The notes below the pieces were generated by a model that had not been told where the DNA came from, searched no databases, and saw only the letters and a list, made by a program, of their open reading frames with translations. Below, in pieces: positions 50,564 through 60,378 of a stretch of DNA of 64,000 nt (positions are counted from its first letter, which is position 1; each line of letters opens with the position of its first letter). Source of the stretch: an uncultured Bdellovibrionales bacterium (GTDB lineage Bacteria; Bdellovibrionota_C; UBA2361; SZUA-149; CALKYB01); the NCBI GenBank assembly GCA_964510575.1, contig CAZECN010000005.1:18518-82517 (forward strand), in the 5' to 3' direction. A program made the position numbers and the translations under genes.

Positions 50564-51601
50564 ATGGACAAGCAGAGAAACAAGAAGCCAGCAGTTCTAA
50601 TATCTAGGCAAGATGTTGAGCAAAGCGAAAAAAGTGCTCCGGCTTTGCCTTCAGGAAAACTAGTCCGAAGAACCATGCTTCGGGCAGGACGAAAAGACCT
50701 AGCTAATATTAAATTCGATACTTCGTCACCCCTAGTTAGACAGAGTTGGCATAGTGATTCAAAACATGTGCTTTGCCTTAATGCCTACCCAAATGGCATT
50801 ACCGTCTCGCAGCACGAATGTTCCGAGGATTCCAAGTTTATTCTTGAAAGTTTTCAGCTGAGACTCCGGGATACGAGAGAGTTTAGACTTCCTAAAGGAA
50901 AGTATTATCTTTACCGAGATGCTGTGAGGACAGCCCTCGAAAAACATCTCTCAGCTCTTCATAAATCTGGTGTGCTTGCCAGGACGACGATTTATTTTGG
51001 AACAGTGACTGATCCTTTTCTATCTTTTCGCAAAAAATTCGATGTGACAATGGCTTGCCTGGAAGTTATCGAAAAGTTTAAGCCAGGGCGATTAGTAATA
51101 CAGACCCGGTCACCGATGGTTATTTCTGCTCTGCCGGCTCTGAAGGAACTTGCTGAACGCTCGGTAGTTTCAATTCCAGTGGAAACAATTTTGGAAGACT
51201 CTGTGTCTAGCTATACCCCAGGCCTTCCAGCTATTTCGGAACGGTTTGTTGCTGCAAGTGGACTTCGGCGACAAGGAGTTACTGTGAACTTACAAGTTGC
51301 ACCAGCTCTTCCTTATGGTGATTTTTACAAAGATGCTTGGAAGTTTGCAGAGCTGCTGGAATCTTACGGTGATTACATAACCTTTGGAAGCTTGGCCCTT
51401 GGTCGCAAAGAGGAAGAGCGACAATTGAAGCAATTTGCGATTTGTCAAAAACTAGCAGCCGATAAAAGGTACCATTTCTTGAGACCTTATAGTTACCGGA
51501 ATATCTTTAAGGCTTTGCAGGAAATTGCCCCTGAGAAGTTAGAGTTGCCGGTTAGAGAGGATGGAAGTAAGTCTAAGCAACTAAACCTCTTCGCAGCCTA
51601 G
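50564..51601 (+). CDS. SplB/COG1533-like (radical-SAM-fold) protein lacking the CxxxCxxC cluster motif
   Basis: TIYFGTVTDPFLSF...LVIQTRSPMV...SIPVETILED...PGLPAISERFVAASGLRRQGVTVNLQVAPALPY is colinear with 'DNA repair photolyase' COG1533 proteins. No Cys triad is present in the N-terminal 130 aa. Confidence 0.4.
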   Translation: MDKQRNKKPAVLISRQDVEQSEKSAPALPSGKLVRRTMLRAGRKDLANIKFDTSSPLVRQSWHSDSKHVLCLNAYPNGITVSQHECSEDSKFILESFQLRLRDTREFRLPKGKYYLYRDAVRTALEKHLSALHKSGVLARTTIYFGTVTDPFLSFRKKFDVTMACLEVIEKFKPGRLVIQTRSPMVISALPALKELAERSVVSIPVETILEDSVSSYTPGLPAISERFVAASGLRRQGVTVNLQVAPALPYGDFYKDAWKFAELLESYGDYITFGSLALGRKEEERQLKQFAICQKLAADKRYHFLRPYSYRNIFKALQEIAPEKLELPVREDGSKSKQLNLFAA

Positions 51602-51659
51602 TCTATACAAAGAGAGATTTCACTAACACGCGAATCTTATGAGGGTTAGCTTCTTAATT

Positions 51660-54600
51660 CTAGTTACAGGATTGAGTAAAGCCGCAACCCAAGTAGTATT
51701 TGAGGAGTCCAGTACCTTGCTGAGAAATATAGAGCCGGCCATCCTTTGACACATCAAGCCCAGTAGGTGATGAAACGGAGTTTCTAAAATTTTCCGGAGT
51801 TACTTTAATAAAAGAGGTGTCATTCTTGGGATCTTCCATCATATATAGCTCTGCAGCTCTCGAGCTTTGAGCATCTGGTTGCTCAACTAGCCATAGATTT
51901 CCATTTAGTCCAAACCGAATCGGTCCAGGCCGTAGAATCCTTTCGTTACCTGAGTGCTGTGTAAGATCAGTTATACCAGCGCTTCCGGGTTCTCCATAGA
52001 TTCTAGTTTTTGCTGATGTTAGCCTGTATACTTTAAACCTTGTTCCTATTGGTGATGAGTTACGGCCTTGGATAGATAGGTATACTATAGAAGCATTCTT
52101 ATCGTCTGCTGTTAAGTAGCCAGTCTTATAAAAATCATTATTGTTGAATTCCATGCTGGGCCAAATATTTTCCCAGTTTTGCCCACCATCGTTAGAACGA
52201 TAGAAACCACTTGATAAGTCCAATAGGTAAACGGTTCCAGAGTTACGAGAATTGGGCCAAATCATATTCGTTCGGTCAGTTGCTCCAATTGAAACTCCAT
52301 TGGCTTTTCTCCACCTATTGTTATGATACCTAAATACACCTTCTCCTTCTACTGCCGCCAAAATGGTTTGAGAAGTTGAAGAGCTACCGTCGTGGTGACC
52401 ATAAGCCACAGCTCTAACTCTGCCATCTGTTGAATTGGTAGCCGCACTCAGGTTTAAGTTTTTCCACCCAGAGCCGAGGTTAGAGCCAACTTGAGCAGAG
52501 GGTTTGGTAAATACTTCACCACCTCGATTGAGATCTCTGTCTCCAACACCTACTATTAGTTCGTTGGCGACAGTATCGAAAAGGACTTGATATGCCCTAG
52601 ATTCTGAACCGTCTGGTTTATCTCGGACGATATCTTCGTTTTCAAACCTACTTCTAGTATGAAGAACCACATAGTCTGTATTGGCTAAAACGACTTGGCT
52701 AGGGTTATTTGGATTGACTGCTACTCCGTTGTTTGCCGTGGCTTGCATGTTATAGACAGCCGGAATCCATTCTGAGCCACCGTTTTCGGACTTCCAAATT
52801 CCACCTCTTCCAGATAAATAAATTATGTCATCCGTTACAAACTCTTCGAAACGACCGAGGGCAATATCTATAGAGCTGACAACATTATTGGATCGACCTA
52901 GACCTGCTTCTGGGAAGGCGTCAGTTCGGTACCACCAATCGTATGATTGCCCATAAATTTGATCATTGACGTTACTATTGGCATCAACCAAAGGAGTCCA
53001 GCTATTTCCACCATTGACTGTTCTCCAAACGCTAGAGTAGTTGCTGTTTGCTAAGCGTCCACCAAAGTTAGATACGGCAGCGTAAACTATGTCTTGATTT
53101 CCTTTTACGTATCCGGTTACCGCAGACCACTGTCTATTTGAGTTTCCTCTTGATAATCCTTCTGACTTGATAGCCCAAGAGCTACCGTTAAACTTGACGA
53201 TTCCTTTATCGCCAATTGCCGCATAGACATTGCCGTTACTTAAGACAGTTAGTCCCTCAGGTCTAAGAGTGGAGTAAGAAAGAGAGGATCTTGGAGAGAA
53301 CGCGTTACTGTAGTCAATTTTATAGATTCCATTTAAGGAGCTGTTCGCAAATTGAATTGCAGCAAAGACGGTTTTTGGTAAGGAAGGATGATGTGCTACG
53401 GACCGGACAAACCCAGCTGTATTTACAGCTGATGCTTCCCTGTTCCCTCCTTGGGTAAATATCCGAACTCCATTCTTGTACGTGCCTGCGATGATAATAT
53501 CGTCGGTGTGAACCCGGGAATTGGAACCGGGATCTACAACTATCAGATCACCATTTGAGCGAGGATGGCCACTGGGGACAGGATCGCCACTTGCTGAATG
53601 ATTCCCAGCAAATTGGGCTTTGACTCCTTCTCCTGTTATTTCCCAAGTCTCACCTCCATTTAGTGATCTATAAAGACCACCAGAGCCACCTTTATCGCCT
53701 GTGCCAGCGTATAGAATTTGTTGATTGTCTGGAGTGATGGCCAGAGATGCTACTTTTGGACTTCGCAGACCCTGATTTCGGTTTTCATAGCGAAAGCCCC
53801 CATCGGTAGATTTGAAGATTCCTGATACATCAGCAGAAGAATATACAGTAAGTCCATCATCTGAAATTGTGACGTCACTTTGAAATCCCGCGCCATTGGT
53901 ATTGTTCTCAACCATGACCATTGAGAAAGGGTCGCCTCCTCCAGAGGAAGAGCCACTACTGGAGCCGGAACTACTTGAAGAAGTTGAGCTACTAGAGGTT
54001 TGGTTAGTGCCTGAGGATGAAGAACTACCATTAGGACCTGAACTGCTTGAAGAAGATGAACTGATACCGTTCCCTGGACCAGATGAAGAAGAACTAGGAC
54101 TGGGGATAGGCGTAATGTCTCCATCAAACCCTCTAGAGCTTCTTTTCATTGATCCGGGAATTAAGAATATATTTCCGATGCGGCCTTGAGAGTCGGGAAT
54201 AGTACGAAGAACGGAAGCACCTAACCTAGCGCTAGCAGTACCTTCAATTTTAATACTTCCTATTGTATCAGGTCCGAAGGTGAACCCAGCATTTATGTCT
54301 CTGCTCGATGAACTCAGTAACTTGAGTTGCTCTGAGCCTATCATTTCACCAGCAGTGTTGAAGGATTTAAAACGTACATTCGCAGCTCCTTCAGGGCCGT
54401 TCTCTAGTTTTAACCAGTTTAAGGAACCGAGAAAGGTGTTCACCGGTAATGAAAAATAAATTGTATCACCATCAGCTATTTCGTTGGTGGGCAGGGTTTG
54501 TAGGCCGTAGGCCCACGCAACTGAATTTTTATTGTGAGAACCTATTTGAACCGTTTGAGCTATGATTGAGTCAGAACTATTCGAGCATCTCAGATCTATA

Positions 54601-55613
54601 TTTGAAATAGCGCCATTTTTTTCAGAGTCAATTATCGAATCTAGTTGCAAACGGTATTTTTCATTTTCTGCCAGCGAGATTGATAACTCTTCAATTAGTT
54701 CTCCACTTTGGTTTAGGATTTCTGCCTGAATAGAAGATGGTCTGTTCTTTAAATTGGCTATTTCTAACCAAGAACTTCCAAAGCTACTACCCATTGTAGA
54801 TGCTTGAAGACTCAGGGTCGGACAATCAGTCTTTTTTGCAAACGATGGCAAAGCGAAGCTGAGACTATTGCTTGTAGTATCTTTTCCGAATTGAACTAGG
54901 AAAGCTTGGTAAGCTTGGTTGTTGTCGTTTGGCGAGATTAGGTAACTGCCGGGAGAGTTAGGGGTCCTCAAGGATGCTGAAACATCAATTCGGCCTTTAG
55001 GCGGTATTGAATCAATTGTGATGGTGTCAAAAAGAGATCCAGTTTCATCGAAAAATTTGACGCTAGCCCCAAATGGTTTGGCGGAGGGGTTTACTACGGT
55101 GAGCCAGCTATTCGAGATTTCACTGTTACTTCTTCCTTCAACGGCTGAAATTAATCCTCCTCTTTGACCTTGGTTGCCAGAGGAAACAGGAATGGCGTAG
55201 ATAAAGTCACTTCTTTTTCCGGATTGATCGCTAGTAGGTCTGTAAATAACAGTTCTGCAGTTTAAGGATGCTACCTGTTCAGATTGAAGATTAAAGCTTC
55301 CATATGTGTCATTGATTGAAAAAGCTTGATTGACGATTCGATGAACACTTCCATGTCCTGGAATTTGGAAAGAATCGGTTGTCAGCTTTTCACCTTGGTC
55401 GGAATTATAGCTAATTCTAACGTTTTGAGTAGTGGATGAGCTATTTTCGCATTCTATGATATTTGTTTGATTTACGAACCCGTTGTAGACGCCAATGATA
55501 TTCTCTTGTTCTGCCAAGGTAATTGAGGCAGGGGCCACTAAAGCCAAGCTTAGACCGATTGAAGCGATATGGCCTCTAAAGGATCTGTTTTTTTGATTAA
55601 TTTTTGTCGACAT
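51660..55613 (-). CDS. Large secreted protein: N-terminal beta-rich region, poly-Ser/Gly linker, C-terminal BNR/Asp-box beta-propeller region
   Basis: 1317 aa with a signal peptide. The linker reads SPSSSSSGPGNGISSSSSSSSGPNGSSSSSGTNQTSSSSTSSSSSGSSSGSSSGGG. There are repeated Asp-box motifs (STDGGFRYE, SLNGGETWE, TVNGGNSWT, SENGGSEWI, SNDGGQNWE), as in sialidase/GH74/sortilin-Vps10-like propellers. Confidence 0.7.
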   Translation of the reverse strand: MSTKINQKNRSFRGHIASIGLSLALVAPASITLAEQENIIGVYNGFVNQTNIIECENSSSTTQNVRISYNSDQGEKLTTDSFQIPGHGSVHRIVNQAFSINDTYGSFNLQSEQVASLNCRTVIYRPTSDQSGKRSDFIYAIPVSSGNQGQRGGLISAVEGRSNSEISNSWLTVVNPSAKPFGASVKFFDETGSLFDTITIDSIPPKGRIDVSASLRTPNSPGSYLISPNDNNQAYQAFLVQFGKDTTSNSLSFALPSFAKKTDCPTLSLQASTMGSSFGSSWLEIANLKNRPSSIQAEILNQSGELIEELSISLAENEKYRLQLDSIIDSEKNGAISNIDLRCSNSSDSIIAQTVQIGSHNKNSVAWAYGLQTLPTNEIADGDTIYFSLPVNTFLGSLNWLKLENGPEGAANVRFKSFNTAGEMIGSEQLKLLSSSSRDINAGFTFGPDTIGSIKIEGTASARLGASVLRTIPDSQGRIGNIFLIPGSMKRSSRGFDGDITPIPSPSSSSSGPGNGISSSSSSSSGPNGSSSSSGTNQTSSSSTSSSSSGSSSGSSSGGGDPFSMVMVENNTNGAGFQSDVTISDDGLTVYSSADVSGIFKSTDGGFRYENRNQGLRSPKVASLAITPDNQQILYAGTGDKGGSGGLYRSLNGGETWEITGEGVKAQFAGNHSASGDPVPSGHPRSNGDLIVVDPGSNSRVHTDDIIIAGTYKNGVRIFTQGGNREASAVNTAGFVRSVAHHPSLPKTVFAAIQFANSSLNGIYKIDYSNAFSPRSSLSYSTLRPEGLTVLSNGNVYAAIGDKGIVKFNGSSWAIKSEGLSRGNSNRQWSAVTGYVKGNQDIVYAAVSNFGGRLANSNYSSVWRTVNGGNSWTPLVDANSNVNDQIYGQSYDWWYRTDAFPEAGLGRSNNVVSSIDIALGRFEEFVTDDIIYLSGRGGIWKSENGGSEWIPAVYNMQATANNGVAVNPNNPSQVVLANTDYVVLHTRSRFENEDIVRDKPDGSESRAYQVLFDTVANELIVGVGDRDLNRGGEVFTKPSAQVGSNLGSGWKNLNLSAATNSTDGRVRAVAYGHHDGSSSTSQTILAAVEGEGVFRYHNNRWRKANGVSIGATDRTNMIWPNSRNSGTVYLLDLSSGFYRSNDGGQNWENIWPSMEFNNNDFYKTGYLTADDKNASIVYLSIQGRNSSPIGTRFKVYRLTSAKTRIYGEPGSAGITDLTQHSGNERILRPGPIRFGLNGNLWLVEQPDAQSSRAAELYMMEDPKNDTSFIKVTPENFRNSVSSPTGLDVSKDGRLYISQQGTGLLKYYLGCGFTQSCN

Positions 55614-55862
55614 TGAAGATTTCCATGATAGCTTTTTTGGATGAAATATTTGAGTTAGAATTCAGTTGATCCCATGGTGCCAATGAAAATGTTACACCCT
55701 TAGCTAACTACTCGGCATATTTGGATAAAAGCTTTAGTGTTTGGATGAGTTAAAAGTCATTAAAATCGATTTTGGAATGCTGAATCTATTTACTTGATTT
55801 GCACGTCTAGAGAGCCAAATTACTAGTAAGATAACACTTTTCCATGTTAACTTTTATCGCCT

Positions 55863-56420
55863 ATGGGAACTGTTTTTTTAGATCGAGATGGCACAATAAA
55901 TATTGACACTGGCTATGTGAGTGACGCTAGTGCCTTGGAATTGATTGACGGAGCGGCACGAGCAATCGGTGACCTGAAAAGAGCGGGTTGGGAAATCGTT
56001 ATAGTTAGCAACCAAAGTGGTATTGGCCGAGGTTTGATTCAGCTGGAACAATTGACCGAGGTCAATTGTAAGTTGGATCAGCTATTGCTTGAAGGTGATG
56101 CAGACGCTGTAATTGATTTTAGCTTCTTCTGTCCGCATGCTCCAAAGGAGCAATGTGCTTGTCGAAAGCCCTTCGCTGGAATGCTAGATCCTTATCTCGC
56201 TCAAGGAGATTTTTCGGCGGAAAACAGTTGGATAGTCGGAGACAAACTATCTGATATAGGTCTGGGGGCTTCTTTAGGTATTCCTGGAAAACAGCAAATT
56301 CTAGTAAAAACTGGTAAAGGAGCTGATGAAATTGCTGGGATTAGCTCTTTAGGTTACGAGCCAGTAGTAGTAGACTCTCTGCGGGAAGCGGGCGAGCTGA
56401 TTTTGAGTTCCATTATATAG
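55863..56420 (+). CDS. gmhB: D-glycero-D-manno-heptose 1,7-bisphosphate phosphatase
   Basis: FLDRDGTIN (HAD motif I), IVSNQSGIGRG, CPHAPKEQCACRKPFAGM (Zn-binding CxH...CxC loop). Confidence 0.85.
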   Translation: MGTVFLDRDGTINIDTGYVSDASALELIDGAARAIGDLKRAGWEIVIVSNQSGIGRGLIQLEQLTEVNCKLDQLLLEGDADAVIDFSFFCPHAPKEQCACRKPFAGMLDPYLAQGDFSAENSWIVGDKLSDIGLGASLGIPGKQQILVKTGKGADEIAGISSLGYEPVVVDSLREAGELILSSII

Positions 56421-56435
56421 TTTGAAGGGGTGAAC

Positions 56436-57401
56436 ATGCGCTGTGTTGTGACAGGGGTTGCTGGATTTATTGGCTCTAGCCTGGCTGACAGGATTCTTCA
56501 AGATGGTGGAGAAGTCATCGGTATTGACTGTTTTATCGATTACTATCCCAGAGAGATGAAAGAAAGAAACTTGGAGAAAGCTAGATCTTTCGACAAGTTC
56601 ACTTTTCATGAAGCTGACCTCAATAGCTTAGACTTGGCAGAGATCTGTGCTGGGGTGGACTATATTTTTCACCAAGCAGCTCAAGCTGGTGTTCGAGCTA
56701 GTTGGGGTGAGCAGTTCTCTATCTATACCGATAATAATATTCAAGCTTCTCAACGTCTTTTAGAAGCTTGTCGGAGTGAGCAAGTTAAAAGCTCTTTGAA
56801 AAAATTGGTTTACGCTTCTAGTTCCTCAGTATACGGAAATGCTCAAACTTTACCGACAACCGAAGACTTGCGTCCTCAACCCGTTAGCCCCTATGGAGTG
56901 AGTAAGTTAGCTGCAGAGCACCTGATGGGTCTTTATAGCCAAGAGTTTGGAGTGCCTACAGCTAGTTTAAGGTATTTTACTGTTTACGGACCTAGGCATC
57001 GACCGGACATGGCCTTTCACAGGTTTTTAAAAGCTGGTCTGACCGATACGTCGTTGACGTTGTTTGATGATGGAGAGCAATCTAGAGATTTTACGTTTAT
57101 TGATGACGTGCTTCAGGCCAATCTCGATGCTGCAAAGTATGAAGGCAGTGAGTTAGTTTTCAATATTGGAGGGGGATCTAGAGTTTCCATGAATCAGGTT
57201 ATTGAAAAAATGGAATCAATACTTGGAAAATCTTTAAAAGTGGAGAGAGGACCTCGTCAAAAAGGAGATGTTAAACATACTGGAGCGGACACTTTTAGGG
57301 CTCGCGAAGGTTTTGGTTATTCTCCGAAAGTGTCCTTAGAAGAAGGTCTCAAGGCGGAAGCAGATTGGTTGGAGCAAGTGGTACTTAAGTCTGGCAGCTA
57401 G
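56436..57401 (+). CDS. NAD-dependent sugar-nucleotide epimerase/dehydratase (extended SDR)
   Basis: VTGVAGFIGSSL (GxxGxxG), YASSSSVYG, SPYGVSKLAAE (YxxxK). ATG 56436 preferred (aagggg RBS); GTG 56430 is an alternative. Confidence 0.85.
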   Translation: MRCVVTGVAGFIGSSLADRILQDGGEVIGIDCFIDYYPREMKERNLEKARSFDKFTFHEADLNSLDLAEICAGVDYIFHQAAQAGVRASWGEQFSIYTDNNIQASQRLLEACRSEQVKSSLKKLVYASSSSVYGNAQTLPTTEDLRPQPVSPYGVSKLAAEHLMGLYSQEFGVPTASLRYFTVYGPRHRPDMAFHRFLKAGLTDTSLTLFDDGEQSRDFTFIDDVLQANLDAAKYEGSELVFNIGGGSRVSMNQVIEKMESILGKSLKVERGPRQKGDVKHTGADTFRAREGFGYSPKVSLEEGLKAEADWLEQVVLKSGS

Positions 57402-57406
57402 ATGAA

Positions 57407-58444
57407 ATGAAGAAAATTTTGGTCGTTCAGACCGGCTTTCTTGGAGATGTGATTCTTTCCAGTCCAGTTTATCGTAATCTGAAAGAAATTTTTCCTGGAA
57501 GTTCAACAACAGTTCTTACCACCCCTCTTGCTACCCAGTTGGTCGAGAAGGACCCTGATGTTGATAGAGTTCAAGCCTTTGATAAGAGAGGAGAAGATTC
57601 TGGTTTTTCTGGATTATTGCGCATGGCTAAAAAATTGCGTGTTCAGAAATTCGATATAGTTTTTTCTCTTCATAAGTCTTCGCGCACCTCCCTTTTGCTT
57701 AAACTTGCTGGTATTCCTTTGCGCTACGGCTTTTCAGAAGCAGCTCTTAGTTTTTTATATACTTCCACCTTTCCTAGAAAAGATCTGGAGCATGATGTTC
57801 TCCGTAATTTAGCAATATTCAGAAACGTTGGTATCGAACCCAAGGAACTGAAGCAAGAGATGCGAATTGGCTATTCTCCTGAATGGCTGCAGGAAGCTAA
57901 GGAGGTACTAGATCCGATTTCATCTAAGCCCCTAGTAGGTATTGCTCCCGGAAGTGTCTGGGAAACTAAGAAATGGTCGAGTGAAGGTTTTGCTAAAGTG
58001 GCCTCAGAACTGCAGAAGGAAGGTTTTTCTGTAGTATTAATTGGAGGGCCTGCGGACAAAGATTCTGCTAGTATCATAATGGATGAAAGTGAGGACTCGC
58101 CTCTTGATCTGGTTGGAAAAACATCTATTGGGGTTTCGGCAACAATTGTTTCTAAGCTTAAGCTACTGATTACAAACGATAGCGCGCCTCTGCATATGGC
58201 ATCAGCTGGCAACGTTCCTGTTGTTGCCTTGTTTTGTGCTACAGTTCCTTCGTTCGGCTATGGTCCTTGGAAAGTTCCTCATCTTAACTTGGGGATTGAT
58301 TCTTTGGAATGTCGGCCTTGCGGTAGGCATGGAGGCAACAGCTGTCCAGTAGGAACCTTTGATTGCAGAAATTTGATTACTCCGGAAATGGTTATTGCAG
58401 CCAGTAAAAGAGTTATGGAAGAGGCTAGTGTCAGCGCAGCATAG
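57407..58444 (+). CDS. GT9 LPS heptosyltransferase
   Basis: KILVVQTGFLGDVILSSPV N-terminus. GSVWETKKW, LIGGPADK, ITNDSAPLHMASA. Confidence 0.85.
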   Translation: MKKILVVQTGFLGDVILSSPVYRNLKEIFPGSSTTVLTTPLATQLVEKDPDVDRVQAFDKRGEDSGFSGLLRMAKKLRVQKFDIVFSLHKSSRTSLLLKLAGIPLRYGFSEAALSFLYTSTFPRKDLEHDVLRNLAIFRNVGIEPKELKQEMRIGYSPEWLQEAKEVLDPISSKPLVGIAPGSVWETKKWSSEGFAKVASELQKEGFSVVLIGGPADKDSASIIMDESEDSPLDLVGKTSIGVSATIVSKLKLLITNDSAPLHMASAGNVPVVALFCATVPSFGYGPWKVPHLNLGIDSLECRPCGRHGGNSCPVGTFDCRNLITPEMVIAASKRVMEEASVSAA

Positions 58445-59186
58445 GTCTAGAATATTTGAAAAAGGTGACTGGCAATTTAGAGTTGCTCGACAGTCCGAAG
58501 TGGATTCTACCCAGCTTGATTCTTATTTCAATCTAGTTGTTTCTGGTGAGTTTCATTCTGGTAAATTTGAAACTTCCGAAGAGCAAACGGTAAGATTCTC
58601 AAGAGGAAGCACCTATAGAGTCTCTATAGCTGATCAATCGTTGGTCGTTCGGAAATACTACAGAGGTGGTTTGGTTCGCCATTTTAATAAGGATTTACAT
58701 TTTGGGTTCGGCGTTGAGCCTCGTCCATTTAGAGAGATGGACTTATTGGATAATCTTGTTGAAGAGGGATTTGCGACAACTAAGCCAGTCTTTGCCGCAA
58801 TTCAGAGAGTTTTCGCTGGAAGTTTTTACCAAGGTTATCTTGCGACTAAAGAGCTTGAAAATCACTCCAATTTTCTGTCGATGATAGTCGACTCTGAAAA
58901 GAAAAATGACAAACTGGCTCATGCTGCCGGCTTGGCTGCAGATGAACTTTTGAAGCGTGGTGTGCTGCACCGAGACTTGCACCCAGGTAATGTTTTAGTT
59001 GATAATGAAACAGGCGGTGTTGCTATTATTGATTTTGATGGATTCGGGTTAACTGAGCGTGCCGGAAGCGAATCCGATCGAATTTATTTAGTCGAACGTT
59101 GGGCTAGATCTATTCATAAGCATCAGCTCAACCCTATGTTAATTGAAAATTTTAAGTCTGGGCTCGAGAGCAATGGATGCTCCTGA
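58395..59186 (+). CDS. Lipopolysaccharide core kinase (Kdo kinase KdkA / InaA-WaaP family)
   Basis: VLHRDLHPGNVLVD catalytic loop and IIDFDG (DFD). Size and the position between two GT9 genes fit KdkA-like kinases. The start is uncertain because of a 50-nt overlap with the upstream gene. Confidence 0.65.
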   Translation: MQPVKELWKRLVSAQHRSRIFEKGDWQFRVARQSEVDSTQLDSYFNLVVSGEFHSGKFETSEEQTVRFSRGSTYRVSIADQSLVVRKYYRGGLVRHFNKDLHFGFGVEPRPFREMDLLDNLVEEGFATTKPVFAAIQRVFAGSFYQGYLATKELENHSNFLSMIVDSEKKNDKLAHAAGLAADELLKRGVLHRDLHPGNVLVDNETGGVAIIDFDGFGLTERAGSESDRIYLVERWARSIHKHQLNPMLIENFKSGLESNGCS

Positions 59187-60192
59187 TAAATTATTAATTA
59201 TAATGTTTGGAGCAATCGGAGACATTGTAAGAGCCCTGCCTTTAGCCAGTCGCATTAAGGGTAGTTGGCCTAACACTAGAATAGACTGGGCAGTGGAGCC
59301 GCGTTCAAAGGGAGTTCTTGAGAGTTTTCCTAATGTGGATCGATTAGTTGTGTTTGAGAGAGGTGGGGGACTAAAGGCTTACCGTGAGTTTGTTTCTATA
59401 ATTAAGGCTGAAGAGTATCCCCTTGTTCTAGATTTACAAAGACATTTTAAAAGTGGTCTAACCAGTTACCTTACTGGGGCTTCGAAGCGTGTCGGCTATA
59501 ATAAGAAAGGGTCGCGAGAGTTCAATCACTGGTTTAATAACTTTCACATTCCTCCAGTTGAAAAGTTTTCGAGCAAGACTAAGCAACTACAACTTTTCGC
59601 TGACTTGCTAGGTCTGCCCGAGGAGAAGGAGCTTGATTTTGGATTTAAAAATAGAAAACTAGATTCTGATTCTAAGATTCTAGAACTACTTCAATCTGCA
59701 ACTGGCGAAGGTTTTGTCGCGATGTTGACAGGCTCAACCTGGACGAGCCGTTTTTGGCCAAAAGAGTACTACAGTGAGCTTATAGAGAAGTTTTACTCTG
59801 AGAAAAACAAAGTCTCTGTCTTAATTGGAGGGCCTGGGGAGCAGGTTTATAATCAGAGTATTCAGGATTTAGTAAAGACACCAGAGGCCGTAATTAACCT
59901 GACAGGAAAAACTAGCCTTAATGACCTTCCTGGCCTCTTCAAAGAGATGGACTTTGCGGTAGGCTCGGACTCTGGTCCGATGCACATAGCTGCAGCTTCT
60001 GATTTGCCGGTGATATCTCTCTGGGGTGCCACTAGCCCTAAAAGGTCTGCTCCGTGGGGTAGTGAGCATCTTGTCATTGCATCAAACCTAGCCTGCTCCC
60101 CTTGCTACAAGAAGGATTGTCCAGGCCTAGGAACGGCCTGTATGAAAGGTCTTAGACCTGAAAGGGTGTTAAAAGCTGTGGATAATCTTTAG
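59173..60192 (+). CDS. GT9 LPS heptosyltransferase (second copy)
   Basis: KLLIIMFGAIGDIVRALPL, TGSTWTSRFWP, GSDSGPMHIAAA, C-terminal Cys motif CSPCYKKDCP. ATG 59173 preferred over TTG 59143. Confidence 0.85.
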   Translation: MDAPDKLLIIMFGAIGDIVRALPLASRIKGSWPNTRIDWAVEPRSKGVLESFPNVDRLVVFERGGGLKAYREFVSIIKAEEYPLVLDLQRHFKSGLTSYLTGASKRVGYNKKGSREFNHWFNNFHIPPVEKFSSKTKQLQLFADLLGLPEEKELDFGFKNRKLDSDSKILELLQSATGEGFVAMLTGSTWTSRFWPKEYYSELIEKFYSEKNKVSVLIGGPGEQVYNQSIQDLVKTPEAVINLTGKTSLNDLPGLFKEMDFAVGSDSGPMHIAAASDLPVISLWGATSPKRSAPWGSEHLVIASNLACSPCYKKDCPGLGTACMKGLRPERVLKAVDNL

Positions 60193-60378
60193 ATTCCAGT
60201 CTGTCTGATCTTATCAACAAGATAGGTTGAGGGTTGATCTTCCAAGAGAAGCTGTTGAACCTTTGCGGTGTGAGCAGTATAGTTATACGGCTACAATACA
60301 TGGTGAGCTAATGGCTTTTGGATTAGCTCGGTAATCTAATGCGTTTTTAAATTCCTTTTAATAATACCCCTAAAAACT

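Noticed and set aside
53750-54189. ORFs 53750..54127 (-) and 53896..54189 (+) in the poly-Ser region
   Set aside because: These are low-complexity frame artefacts of the Ser/Gly linker of the 1317-aa BNR protein.
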